A DNA stretch of 42,550 bases from Holophagaceae bacterium (GTDB taxonomy: Bacteria > Acidobacteriota > Holophagae > Holophagales > Holophagaceae): NCBI GenBank assembly GCA_025361955.1, contig JANYIU010000316.1:1-42550 (forward strand), in the 5' to 3' direction. This document shows positions 1-8,080 of this stretch, piece after piece; positions within the stretch are counted from its first letter, which is position 1; every line of letters starts with the position of its first letter. Below the pieces are notes generated by a model. It was not told where the DNA came from. It saw only the letters and a program-made list of their open reading frames with translations, and did not search any database. Both the position numbers and the translations under genes were made by a program.

Positions 1-219
1 ATCGTCTGCTTCCGCTACGCCCCGCCCTTCATTGCCGACGCCAACGCCTTCCAGGCCCAGGTCCGCGCAGCCATCGTCAAGGAAGGCTCCTACTACATCG
101 TGAAGACTGTCCTGCGCGGCAAGACCTACCTTCGCGTCACCATCATCAACCCCCGCACTGAGTTGAGCGATCTCGAAGCACTGCTGGATCGGGTGGAGGC
201 GGAAGCTGCCAAGGCCTGA
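1..219 (+). CDS. C-terminal fragment of a PLP-dependent (group II) amino-acid decarboxylase; 5' end lies outside the window
   Basis: Frame 1 is open from the window edge to TGA at 217-219. The translation ...IVCFRYAPP...SYYIVKTVLRGKTYLRVTIINPRTELSDLEALLDRVEAEAAKA resembles the conserved C-terminal tail (lR..i.NP.Tt..Di..l) of pyridoxal-dependent decarboxylases. Recognised from memory only. Confidence 0.45.
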   Translation: MVCFRYAPPFIADANAFQAQVRAAIVKEGSYYIVKTVLRGKTYLRVTIINPRTELSDLEALLDRVEAEAAKA

Positions 220-386
220 CCCAGGTGGAAGGTCCTCCGGACTTTCTGCATTTCTTCAGCTACAACAGTCGAACGGCGGTCTCCGGAAGGTAGACTCAAA
301 GCAAGAGAGGGATCCGGTGCGTCATGGCCCTGGATCGCCGGAGCAGCTTCCGGCCCTTTCCCCAAAGCACTGAACAAGGAGAGCCC

Positions 387-1748
387 ATGTCTGCCATCAA
401 GGATCGCGATGCGTTCGCGTCCACCCTGGGAGCTTTCGCCGCCACCGTCGGCTCCGCCGTCGGTCTGGGTAACATCTGGAAGTTCCCGTACTTGACCGGC
501 TCCAACGGGGGCGCCGCTTTCGTGCTGACCTACCTGCTGGCCGTGGCCCTGGTGGGCATTCCCATCATGGTTGTGGAGCACGTCATCGGGCGCCGGATGC
601 GCCTCAACGCCGTCCATGCCTATGAGCGCGTGGTCCCCGGCCAGAAGTTCTGGTCCGCCATCGGCTGGGCTGGGCTGGCCGCCGCCATCCTCATCATGGC
701 CTTCTATACGGACGTGGCTGGTTGGGTCTTCGCCTACGTCTTCAAATCCTTCGGGGCCTTCTTCATGGGCACGAAGCTTACGCCTGAGACCTTCGGCGCC
801 TTGGCCGGGGGCACCTGGGAGCCCCTCTTCTGGCAGCTGGCGGTGCTCGCACTCACCACAGGAATCATCGCCGCTGGGGTCTCCAAGGGCATCGAGAAGG
901 TCACCAAGACCCTCATGCCCCTGCTTTTCATCCTTCTGATCATCTGTGATATCCGGGCCCTCACGCTCCCCGGCGCGTCTGCCGGGGTGGCCTACCTTTT
1001 CAAGCCGGACCTCTCGAAGATCACGGCCACGGTCCTGCTCTCGGCCCTGGGCCTCGCCTTCTTCAAACTCTCCCTGGGCATGGGCACCATGACCACGTAC
1101 GGATCCTACCTGCCCAACGCAACTCGCATCGTCCCCAACGCCACCCGGGTGGCCTTAACGGACACGGCAATTTCACTGCTGGCGGGCCTCGCCATCTTCC
1201 CCGCGGTCTTCGCCTTCGGTGGGACCCCCGCAGGCGGCCCCGGCCTGCTCTTTAACACGATCCCCCTCATCTTCAGCCAGATGCCCTTAGGCGGGCTGTT
1301 CACGGCCCTCTTCTTTTGCCTCACCGCCATCGCCACCATCGGCGCCATGGTGAGCCTCATCGAAGTGCCCGTGGCCTGGGCCATCGAGAGGGGCCACCTG
1401 AAGCGCCCCGTGGCCGCCGCCCTCACCGGGGCCGTCATGTTCGCCCTGGGCATCCTCGCCACCCTTTCCCAGAATCCCCTCATGGCCAACGTGAAGGTCT
1501 TCGGGAAGAACTTCTTCGACCTCTTCGACTTCGTCTCTTCCAATGTCCTGCTGCCTGTGGGCGGCCTTGCCATCGCCCTCGTGGGTGGCTGGCTCATCTC
1601 AAAGAAGGACTTCACGGAGGAGATGAACAAGGGCTACGCCACCGAACCCTGGCACGGCCGGATCCTGTTCGCCTTCATCAAGTTCCTGGCCCCGGTCCTC
1701 ATCCTGCTGATCCTGCTCAACAGTCTGGGCGTGATCAAGCTGGCATAG
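387..1748 (+). CDS. sodium-dependent transporter, neurotransmitter:sodium symporter (NSS/SNF) family
   Basis: GLGNIWKFPY TM1 signature and many hydrophobic segments throughout. GGAG at 378-381 lies 5 nt upstream of ATG 387. The ORF-track start at 324 adds a non-hydrophobic extension with no SD. Confidence 0.9.
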   Translation: MSAIKDRDAFASTLGAFAATVGSAVGLGNIWKFPYLTGSNGGAAFVLTYLLAVALVGIPIMVVEHVIGRRMRLNAVHAYERVVPGQKFWSAIGWAGLAAAILIMAFYTDVAGWVFAYVFKSFGAFFMGTKLTPETFGALAGGTWEPLFWQLAVLALTTGIIAAGVSKGIEKVTKTLMPLLFILLIICDIRALTLPGASAGVAYLFKPDLSKITATVLLSALGLAFFKLSLGMGTMTTYGSYLPNATRIVPNATRVALTDTAISLLAGLAIFPAVFAFGGTPAGGPGLLFNTIPLIFSQMPLGGLFTALFFCLTAIATIGAMVSLIEVPVAWAIERGHLKRPVAAALTGAVMFALGILATLSQNPLMANVKVFGKNFFDLFDFVSSNVLLPVGGLAIALVGGWLISKKDFTEEMNKGYATEPWHGRILFAFIKFLAPVLILLILLNSLGVIKLA

Positions 1749-1762
1749 ATTCAAAAGAATCC

Positions 1763-1798
1763 ACGCACCTCCCGATACTCTGTAGGCCGGAGGTGCGT
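1763..1798 (+). promoter_or_regulatory. perfect 10-bp stem / 16-nt loop hairpin whose 3' arm contains the pfk Shine-Dalgarno sequence
   Basis: ACGCACCTCC (1763-1772) is the exact reverse complement of GGAGGTGCGT (1789-1798). GGAGG is at 1789-1793 and the pfk ATG at 1800. No U-tract follows. Confidence 0.5.
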
Positions 1799-1799
1799 C

Positions 1800-3026
1800 A
1801 TGGTCAAGTCGAAGACTCGCTGCATCGGGCTGCTTACCTCGGGCGGGGATTGCCCGGGGTTGAACGCAGTCATCCGCGCCATCGCCAAGGTGGCCATCAA
1901 CGAATACGGAATCAAGGTCATCGGCATCCATGACGGCTTCCGGGGACTGGTGGAGAATCGCACGATCGCCCTGAACGAGGCGGCGGTGTCAGGCATCCTC
2001 ACCCGGGGCGGCACCATCCTGGGGGCTAGCCGGGACAAGCCCCACAGCATGCCCATGGGGGGCCAACTCCTGGACATGACCGCGACGGCAGTGGCGAACG
2101 CCCGCAAGCACAAGATGGACTGCCTGGTCTGCCTGGGGGGCGGCGGTACCGCCAAGAATGCCTTCCGGCTGTTCCAGAAGGGCGGCCTCGACGTGATGAC
2201 CCTGCCCAAGACGATCGACAACGATGTCTTCGGCACGGATATCACCTTCGGCTTCGACACGGCGGTGGGCATCGCCACGGAGGCCATCGATCGCCTGCAC
2301 ACCACGGCCACCAGCCACCACCGCATGATCGTCTGTGAGATCATGGGCCACCGCGCGGGCTGGCTGGCGCTCCAGTCGGGGATCGCCGGGGGCGCCGATA
2401 TCATCCTGATCCCGGAGCTCCCCTACGACCTGGCGCGGATCGCGGAATACCTGCTGGAGCGCCGCAAGCATGGCAAGCGCTTCTCCATCATCGCCGTGGC
2501 GGAGGGGGCGAAATCCATCCGGGAGGCCCTGGAATTGCAGGCGAAAAAGCCCAAGGATAAAGACGGCAAGAAGGGCAAGGAAGAGGGAAAGAACGGCAAG
2601 GAGAAGGCCCTCGAGGACCTGATGACGGAGCATGAGGCCGTGGACGCCATCCGGGCGGACCTGCCGCTGAAGGTTCGTAAGATGCACGACGAGATCATGG
2701 CCTATCACGCCGTGCAGGAGCCTATGGCCTCCCGGCTGGCCCGGCAGCTTCAGGAGCTGACCGGCGTGGAGGCCCGATTGACCTCCCTGGGCCACGTGCA
2801 GAGGGGCGGCATTCCCTCGGCCTTCGATCGCACCCTCTGTACGCTGCTGGGAGCCAAGGCCGCGGATCTTCTGGCCGAGGGCACCTACAACGTCATGGTG
2901 GCCTACCGCAACGGTCTCTGCCTCCCGGTGCCGCTCAAAGATGTGGTGGGCCAACGCAAACCCGTACCCCTGGACCATCCCATGCTCGATTGCGCCCGGA
3001 AGCTGGGAACCTGCTTCGGGGATTGA
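1800..3026 (+). CDS. pfkA: 6-phosphofructokinase (PfkA family), long form with an internal insertion
   Basis: IGLLTSGGDCPGLNAVIRA, LPKTIDNDV.GTD.TFGFDTA, EIMGHRAGWLAL and LGHVQRGG motifs. SD GGAGG lies 6 nt upstream of the ATG. Confidence 0.85.
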   Translation: MVKSKTRCIGLLTSGGDCPGLNAVIRAIAKVAINEYGIKVIGIHDGFRGLVENRTIALNEAAVSGILTRGGTILGASRDKPHSMPMGGQLLDMTATAVANARKHKMDCLVCLGGGGTAKNAFRLFQKGGLDVMTLPKTIDNDVFGTDITFGFDTAVGIATEAIDRLHTTATSHHRMIVCEIMGHRAGWLALQSGIAGGADIILIPELPYDLARIAEYLLERRKHGKRFSIIAVAEGAKSIREALELQAKKPKDKDGKKGKEEGKNGKEKALEDLMTEHEAVDAIRADLPLKVRKMHDEIMAYHAVQEPMASRLARQLQELTGVEARLTSLGHVQRGGIPSAFDRTLCTLLGAKAADLLAEGTYNVMVAYRNGLCLPVPLKDVVGQRKPVPLDHPMLDCARKLGTCFGD

Positions 3027-3053
3027 GGCCCTTTCCCTTTCTGAAATAAAAAA

Positions 3054-3242
3054 CTCACCACAAAGACTCAAAGACACAAAGGAAAAGATTCACAGAAACC
3101 ACAGGCACTAAGATCCAACGAAAGACACCAAGGCGGAGCTGGGCCAATGCATTGATACTTCGAAGCAGCGCATGCTTCGAGGCTTTCTGTGCAACTTTGC
3201 GCCATTTTTTGCTTTTCTTGGTGTCTTCGTGTCTTGGTGGTT
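3054..3242. repeat. low-GC imperfect inverted-repeat element in the convergent pfk / carboxylase spacer
   Basis: The left arm CACCACAAAGACTCAAAGACACAAAGGAAAAG (about 3054-3087) resembles the reverse complement of the right arm (about 3207-3242: CACCACCAAGACACGAAGACACCAAGAAAAG). A further AAAGACACCAAGG copy lies at about 3120-3133. A central hairpin at 3158-3182 pairs TTCGAAGC with GCTTCGAG. Confidence 0.5.
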
Positions 3243-3296
3243 CAATCTTGTTGTTCGCAACCTAGTATGACAGCGCGAGGGCAGGATTCTCGCCTT

Positions 3297-5249
3297 TCAC
3301 TCCTCTTCCAGCACCGCCATGGCCGTGGGGCCTGGGAGGATCTGGCCCGGCACCACGGTGATGGAGGCCACCCGTCCGGCCCGGGGTGCCGCGACCTCCA
3401 TCTGCATCTTCATGGACTCCACCAGGAACAGAACCTGGCCCTTGGTGACGCGCTCCCCCGCGGCCACGTTCACCTCAATAACCTTCCCCGCCATGGGAGC
3501 CCGCACGATCCCTGCCCCGTCGGCCGCTGCCTGGGCAGTGACCGGGGCGAGCAAAGGATCCGCAAGCAGCCAGGTCTCTCCGAGTGCCGCGAACTCCAGC
3601 TCTGTGCCGCTGCGGCGGCAGGCCCACAGGTCCAGCTCAGATAGCTTCCCGGAGGTTTTCCCCTCCTGCATTTGGAGTGTGAAGTGATGGCGAGAATCCC
3701 CTGCCCTGCGCAAGCGGAAGGCGGGCTTCTCTTGGGTGCCACCGATACGCAATTCCGGGTGGGCCTGGGCGGCGAATCGGGAGGCCGGGCCGTCCGGGGG
3801 GAGTCCGATCCCAGCAAGCAGGCTGGAAAGAACCTCCAGGAAGGCGCGGGAAGTGAGGAACTCCTGCCAGGTGGGAGCCACGAGAGATTCGTTCAGAATC
3901 GCGAGGTTCTCGGCAATCCAGGTGGTGGCTTCGAGGCCCGCAATGAAATCCGGGTGCCGACTCACGGCCAGCAGGAACGGCAGATTGGTGGTGCAGCCCA
4001 GGAGCTTGAATCCCTCCAGGGCCTCGGCGAGGCGGGCGGCGGCCTGCGACCGGTCTGCGCCCCAGACGATGACCTTGGCGATCATGGAGTCGAAGTGGAC
4101 GGTCACCCGGTCCCCTTCCCCGACGCCTGAATCGACGCGCACGCCAGCCCCCGAGGGTTCCCGGTAGACCTTGAGGGTGCCCGTGGTCGGCAGGAAGTCT
4201 CCGCGAGGATCCTCCGCCAGCACCCTTGCCTCCAGGGCCACCCCGCGAGGCTCAGGCACGGTGAAGCTCAGAGGGTCGCCCAGGACGCTCGGCCAGCGGC
4301 CCTCTGCCAACTCGAACTGGGCCTGGACCAGATCAACGCCATAGACCCTCTCCGTCACAGGATGCTCCACCTGCAGGCGCGTGTTCATCTCCAGGAAGTG
4401 GAACTGGCGGTCCGCGTCCAACAGGAACTCGGCGGTCCCTGCGCCCCGGTAGGCCGTCGCCGCCACGAGGGACAGGGCGGCGCGGCCCATGGCCTCGCGC
4501 AGCGCAGCGTCGACCGCAACGCTGGGACTCTCCTCCAAAACCTTCTGATGTCGTCGCTGCAGCGAGCATTCGCGCTCCCCCAGGAACACGCCGTGGCCCT
4601 GGCCATCCCCGAAGACCTGAATCTCCACGTGGCGAGGAGCCCGGAGGTAGCGCTCCAGGAAAACGGTGCCATCACCAAAGGTCGCCAGGGCCTCCGCTGA
4701 AGCCCCTTGGAGGGCCGCGCGCAGACCCGTTGTGGACTCGACCACGCGCATGCCCCGGCCCCCGGCTCCGCCGCTGGCCTTCACCAGGAAGGGCGGGCGC
4801 AGGCCGCGCGCCGCCAAGACCTCGCTCCAGCGCTCCCGGGGCAGGTCCAACAACTCCCGGGCGAAGACGGCCTCCAGCGTCGATACCCCGCAGGCCCGGG
4901 CCAGGGCCTTGGCGGACTCCTTGCTCCCCAGGGCCCTTATGTTCTCGGGCGTCGGGCCGACGAAAACGATGCCCGCGTCCTCCACCGCCTGGGCGAAGGC
5001 TGGGTTTTCCGAAAGGAACCCGTAGCCGGGATGCACCAGATCGGCGCGCCAAACCAACGCAACCTGCACGATTTCTTCGCTGGCGAGGAAGCTGGAAACC
5101 TCCAACACGGCGTCCGCTTCCGTGCGCACCCGGGCCTGCGCATCCTCAACGGTCGAAATCACCGCGACCGTGTAGCCGCATGCCCGGGCCGTCCGCAGGA
5201 TCCGACGGGCGATCTCGCCGCGGTTGGCGATGACCAGCCGCCGCGTCAT
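3297..5249 (-). CDS. biotin-dependent acyl-CoA carboxylase alpha subunit (biotin carboxylase + biotinyl domain; methylcrotonyl-/geranyl-CoA carboxylase type)
   Basis: N-terminal RLVIANRGEIARRIL, ATP-grasp region and EMNTRLQVEHPVTE. C-terminal biotin attachment motif ESMKMQMEV. Operon context with a carboxyltransferase, hydratase and acyl-CoA dehydrogenase. Confidence 0.85.
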   Translation of the reverse strand: MTRRLVIANRGEIARRILRTARACGYTVAVISTVEDAQARVRTEADAVLEVSSFLASEEIVQVALVWRADLVHPGYGFLSENPAFAQAVEDAGIVFVGPTPENIRALGSKESAKALARACGVSTLEAVFARELLDLPRERWSEVLAARGLRPPFLVKASGGAGGRGMRVVESTTGLRAALQGASAEALATFGDGTVFLERYLRAPRHVEIQVFGDGQGHGVFLGERECSLQRRHQKVLEESPSVAVDAALREAMGRAALSLVAATAYRGAGTAEFLLDADRQFHFLEMNTRLQVEHPVTERVYGVDLVQAQFELAEGRWPSVLGDPLSFTVPEPRGVALEARVLAEDPRGDFLPTTGTLKVYREPSGAGVRVDSGVGEGDRVTVHFDSMIAKVIVWGADRSQAAARLAEALEGFKLLGCTTNLPFLLAVSRHPDFIAGLEATTWIAENLAILNESLVAPTWQEFLTSRAFLEVLSSLLAGIGLPPDGPASRFAAQAHPELRIGGTQEKPAFRLRRAGDSRHHFTLQMQEGKTSGKLSELDLWACRRSGTELEFAALGETWLLADPLLAPVTAQAAADGAGIVRAPMAGKVIEVNVAAGERVTKGQVLFLVESMKMQMEVAAPRAGRVASITVVPGQILPGPTAMAVLEEE

Positions 5250-6085
5250 GGCATTCCCCAGGGTGGGAGGGCCTTGCCGAAATGGGCCTCCAAGCCCGCC
5301 TGGCCCTCCGGGGACTTCCGGACCTCGGCAAGGGTCCGGGCCGACGCTTCAATCACCTCAGGAGCAGGCAGGGGCGCCAGCATCCGCAGCCAATCCCGGG
5401 TTCGCCGCGCGGCCCGCGGCCCAGCCTGCAGAAAGGAGAGCAGCACCTGATCCAGGGCCTCCTCGGCATTCTCCGAGGGTTCCACCACCCGCTGCACCAG
5501 GCCCGAAAGGAGCGCCTCCCGAGCCGCCACGCGGGCGCCCGCCAACAGGAGTGGCGCGGCATGGGCCAGTCCCAGCTTGCGCACTACGTAGGGACCGATG
5601 ACCCCAGGGACGAGGCCCAGGCGCACCTCCGGCGTGGCAAAGACCGCATCAGCCTGGGCGAGGACAAAATCCGAGCAAACCGCCAGTCCCAGGCCCCCAC
5701 CGATGGCGGCTCCCTGGACATGACATACCACCGGCACCGGAAAGGCCGCGATCCAGCGGAAAATGCGCCCCAGTCTGCGCGCATCTTCCAGGTTCTCTTC
5801 CTCGGAGGCTTCAGCCTGGGCGCGCATGTAAGCCAAGTCCGCACCGGCGCAAAAGATATCGCCTTCCCCCTGAAGCAGCAACAGCCTTGCCGCTTCCGTG
5901 CTGGGATCGCCCTCCAGTCGGGTGAAGAGCTGCTCGAATTCCTCGATCATCTTAACGTTGATGGCATTGCGGACCCGGGGGCGCGTCAGCACAAGCCGCA
6001 GGACGCCGTGGGCCAGAACCTCCAGACGCAGCATCTCCCCCTGGTAGACCATTCGTAGCAGTGGAAAATGAGGCAGAGATCTCAT
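5246..6085 (-). CDS. enoyl-CoA hydratase/isomerase (crotonase) family, methylglutaconyl-CoA hydratase-like
   Basis: Crotonase motifs FCAGADL and GAAIGGGLGLA. The ATG at 6085 overlaps the upstream gene's stop (ATGA at 6082-6085), and its own stop overlaps the downstream ATG (ATGA at 5246-5249). The longer ORF-track version (to 6382) would overlap the AtuA gene by 300 nt. Confidence 0.75.
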   Translation of the reverse strand: MRSLPHFPLLRMVYQGEMLRLEVLAHGVLRLVLTRPRVRNAINVKMIEEFEQLFTRLEGDPSTEAARLLLLQGEGDIFCAGADLAYMRAQAEASEEENLEDARRLGRIFRWIAAFPVPVVCHVQGAAIGGGLGLAVCSDFVLAQADAVFATPEVRLGLVPGVIGPYVVRKLGLAHAAPLLLAGARVAAREALLSGLVQRVVEPSENAEEALDQVLLSFLQAGPRAARRTRDWLRMLAPLPAPEVIEASARTLAEVRKSPEGQAGLEAHFGKALPPWGMP

Positions 6086-7968
6086 GGCGCCCCTCCTTCC
6101 TCGATCAGTTCTCCCGGACAAGGCCCGTCCCCAGGCTGGATCGAAGTCAGCAGCCCTGTGGGGATCTCCACCTTGCAGCGCAGCAAGGCCTGGGAAAGGG
6201 TCTTCCCCTGGGCGTCGAGGAAGAGGCTCCGGGTTCCGCCGCCTCCCAGGGACTCTTCCAAAAGGAAATTCAGGGCCCAGAGGTTGGGCACCAGGTAGCG
6301 TTCCACCGATCCCTGGCAGAGGGTTTGGAACCAGAGCTTCACTTGGACGGCTGGGACGTGCTCCCGCATCCAGGCATAGCATTCCGCGGACCGTCCGATG
6401 AGACCGATATTCGCGATGTCGCCCTTGTCGCCGCTACGGGCGTGGGCGATGCGCAGCAACGGCACCCGGATCATGGGGCTCGCCGCAGGAACTGGCGACC
6501 AGGGGTCGGCGGGGGGAGGCGCGCTGCCAGCCAGTCCAACGGGGCTCGCCCATTGAATCGGGCCGGTGGCGAGCAGCGTTTTCAGCTCGCCCGCGCCCCG
6601 CTCCTCCAGGAGCTGGACCCTTGGCAGAGCGGTGTCCCGGGGGATCAGCGCGGGCCAGTAGCTCACGACCTCGGCGATGGACGGAGCCCCGCCCGTGACC
6701 GCTACCCCCGGAGGGCCGCTCAGGATCAGCGCGGGCAGCAGTTTACGGAACACTTCGAGCGCGGGCTTCTGCGCGGAGCGCGCCGAAAGGCGCAGCAGGA
6801 TCTCCACCGGAACATGCTCGGGGGTGAGCCCGCGGTGGGTGACGTCGTCGCCGATGCCTTCGGTGCAGGTGTGTTCGAGGGGCGCCAACCCCGCCTTCCG
6901 CAACTCGTTTGAGCACCGCTCCCAGAAGATCCGGGCGAAGGCGCTGGCTTTGGCCCGGGCATCAGGCCCCGAGAGGATGATCGCTCCGCTGGCCTTGTAG
7001 CCGTCTGCTAGCGCCAGGCTCACCTTGAGAAGATCTGTGGGGGGGCGACCCCGGACGCCCGAAACCCGCACCCGGTCGGGCCCCTCCTGTTCCAGTCGGA
7101 TCGTCGAAAAGTCGGCGATGACGTCGGGGGTCAGGTAGCCGCAGGGATCGCCCATCTCGTAAAGGAGCTGTTCCCGCGCCGTTTGGCAGGTCACGAGTCC
7201 GCCGCTGCCAGGATGCTTGGTGAGCACGAAGGAACCGTCGGCCGCGCACTCCAGAATGGGATAGCCCATGTCCGCAAAAGAGGGCACCTTGGGCCAGTCC
7301 GTGAAGTTGCCGCCGGTGGCCTGGGCGCCGCACTCGATCAGGTGGCCCGCCACAATGCCGCTGGCCAGACGGTCCCAGTCGTCCACCGCCCAGCCGAAGG
7401 CGTGGATCAGAGGTCCCAGGGTGATCCCGGTGTCCGTCACCCGACCGCAGAGGACGATGTCCGGATCGCCCTTCAGGGCTGCGGCCACGGCCCCGGCTCC
7501 GAAATAGGCGTTGGCTGAAAGCAGCCTGTCCGCGTAGAGCTCGAAGGACTCCCCCGTCTCCAGGTTGCAGAAATCCACCCCAAGGTTCCGCAGTTCGTCC
7601 ATGCGAGGGACGAGGTCATCCCCCTCCACCACCGCAATGCGAAGCTTGAGACCCTGGGTCCGGGCCACTTCCGCAAGGGCTTCTGCACAAGCTCTGGGAT
7701 TGACCCCTCCCGCATTGGTGACGACCTTGATGCGTTTCCTGAGGAGCTCTTTTAGCAGGGGCTCGATCTGGGTGATGAAATCCCGCGCGTAGCCCGCCTT
7801 CGCGTCCTTGAGCTTCTGCTTCTGCAGGATGCTCATGGTGACTTCGGCAAGGTAGTCGATGGAGATGTAATCAAGGGCCAGCGGCCCCTGCACCTGTCGG
7901 CGCAGGGCATAGGGGTCGTCGCCCCAATAGCCGCCAGCGTTGGCGATACGAACGATGCGCTCAGCCAT
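6082..7968 (-). CDS. atuA: AtuA-family protein (DUF1446; acyclic terpene utilisation protein A-like), function unknown
   Basis: The N-terminus ERIVRIANAGGYWGDDP...LDYISIDYLAEVTMSIL is characteristic of DUF1446/AtuA. The length is similar to Pseudomonas AtuA. The C-terminal region carries RSGDKGD. GGAG lies 5 nt upstream of ATG 7968; an alternative ATG at 7986 has no SD. Confidence 0.7.
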   Translation of the reverse strand: MAERIVRIANAGGYWGDDPYALRRQVQGPLALDYISIDYLAEVTMSILQKQKLKDAKAGYARDFITQIEPLLKELLRKRIKVVTNAGGVNPRACAEALAEVARTQGLKLRIAVVEGDDLVPRMDELRNLGVDFCNLETGESFELYADRLLSANAYFGAGAVAAALKGDPDIVLCGRVTDTGITLGPLIHAFGWAVDDWDRLASGIVAGHLIECGAQATGGNFTDWPKVPSFADMGYPILECAADGSFVLTKHPGSGGLVTCQTAREQLLYEMGDPCGYLTPDVIADFSTIRLEQEGPDRVRVSGVRGRPPTDLLKVSLALADGYKASGAIILSGPDARAKASAFARIFWERCSNELRKAGLAPLEHTCTEGIGDDVTHRGLTPEHVPVEILLRLSARSAQKPALEVFRKLLPALILSGPPGVAVTGGAPSIAEVVSYWPALIPRDTALPRVQLLEERGAGELKTLLATGPIQWASPVGLAGSAPPPADPWSPVPAASPMIRVPLLRIAHARSGDKGDIANIGLIGRSAECYAWMREHVPAVQVKLWFQTLCQGSVERYLVPNLWALNFLLEESLGGGGTRSLFLDAQGKTLSQALLRCKVEIPTGLLTSIQPGDGPCPGELIEEGGAP

Positions 7969-8080
7969 GGAGGCTCCGGAAAGCACCCTGGAGAAAAAGA
8001 AATCCTTCTTTGCTCTGTTCTCTTCCGCGCTTTTCTCTGCGCACCTCTGCGAGTGTTTTTCTCATGGGTGGAGCGACTCC

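Noticed and set aside
1989-3077. 362-aa ORF antisense to pfk. Similar long antisense or shadow ORFs occur at 9452-11062, 12464-13687, 18075-19133, 22257-23627, 29157-30053, 30886-31890 and 35355-36275.
   Set aside because: Each lies opposite a gene with strong family motifs. Their translations are Arg/Gly/Pro/Ala-rich low-complexity strings with no recognisable domains. Long stop-free antisense frames are expected in GC-rich DNA.
3189-3644. A 151-aa ORF beginning MQLCAIFCFSWCLRVLVV.
   Set aside because: Its N-terminus is read-through of the pyrimidine-rich repeat arm, and the rest is antisense to the carboxylase alpha subunit.
5246-6382. The 378-aa version of the hydratase ORF, plus similar 5'-extended ORF-track versions at 324, 21527, 22158, 24267, 26860, 26812, 36085, 37145, 39604 and 40697.
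   Set aside because: The extensions overlap neighbouring genes or spacers and translate to non-conserved Pro/Arg-rich sequence. Internal ATGs have SD sequences or ATGA coupling and match the family N-termini.
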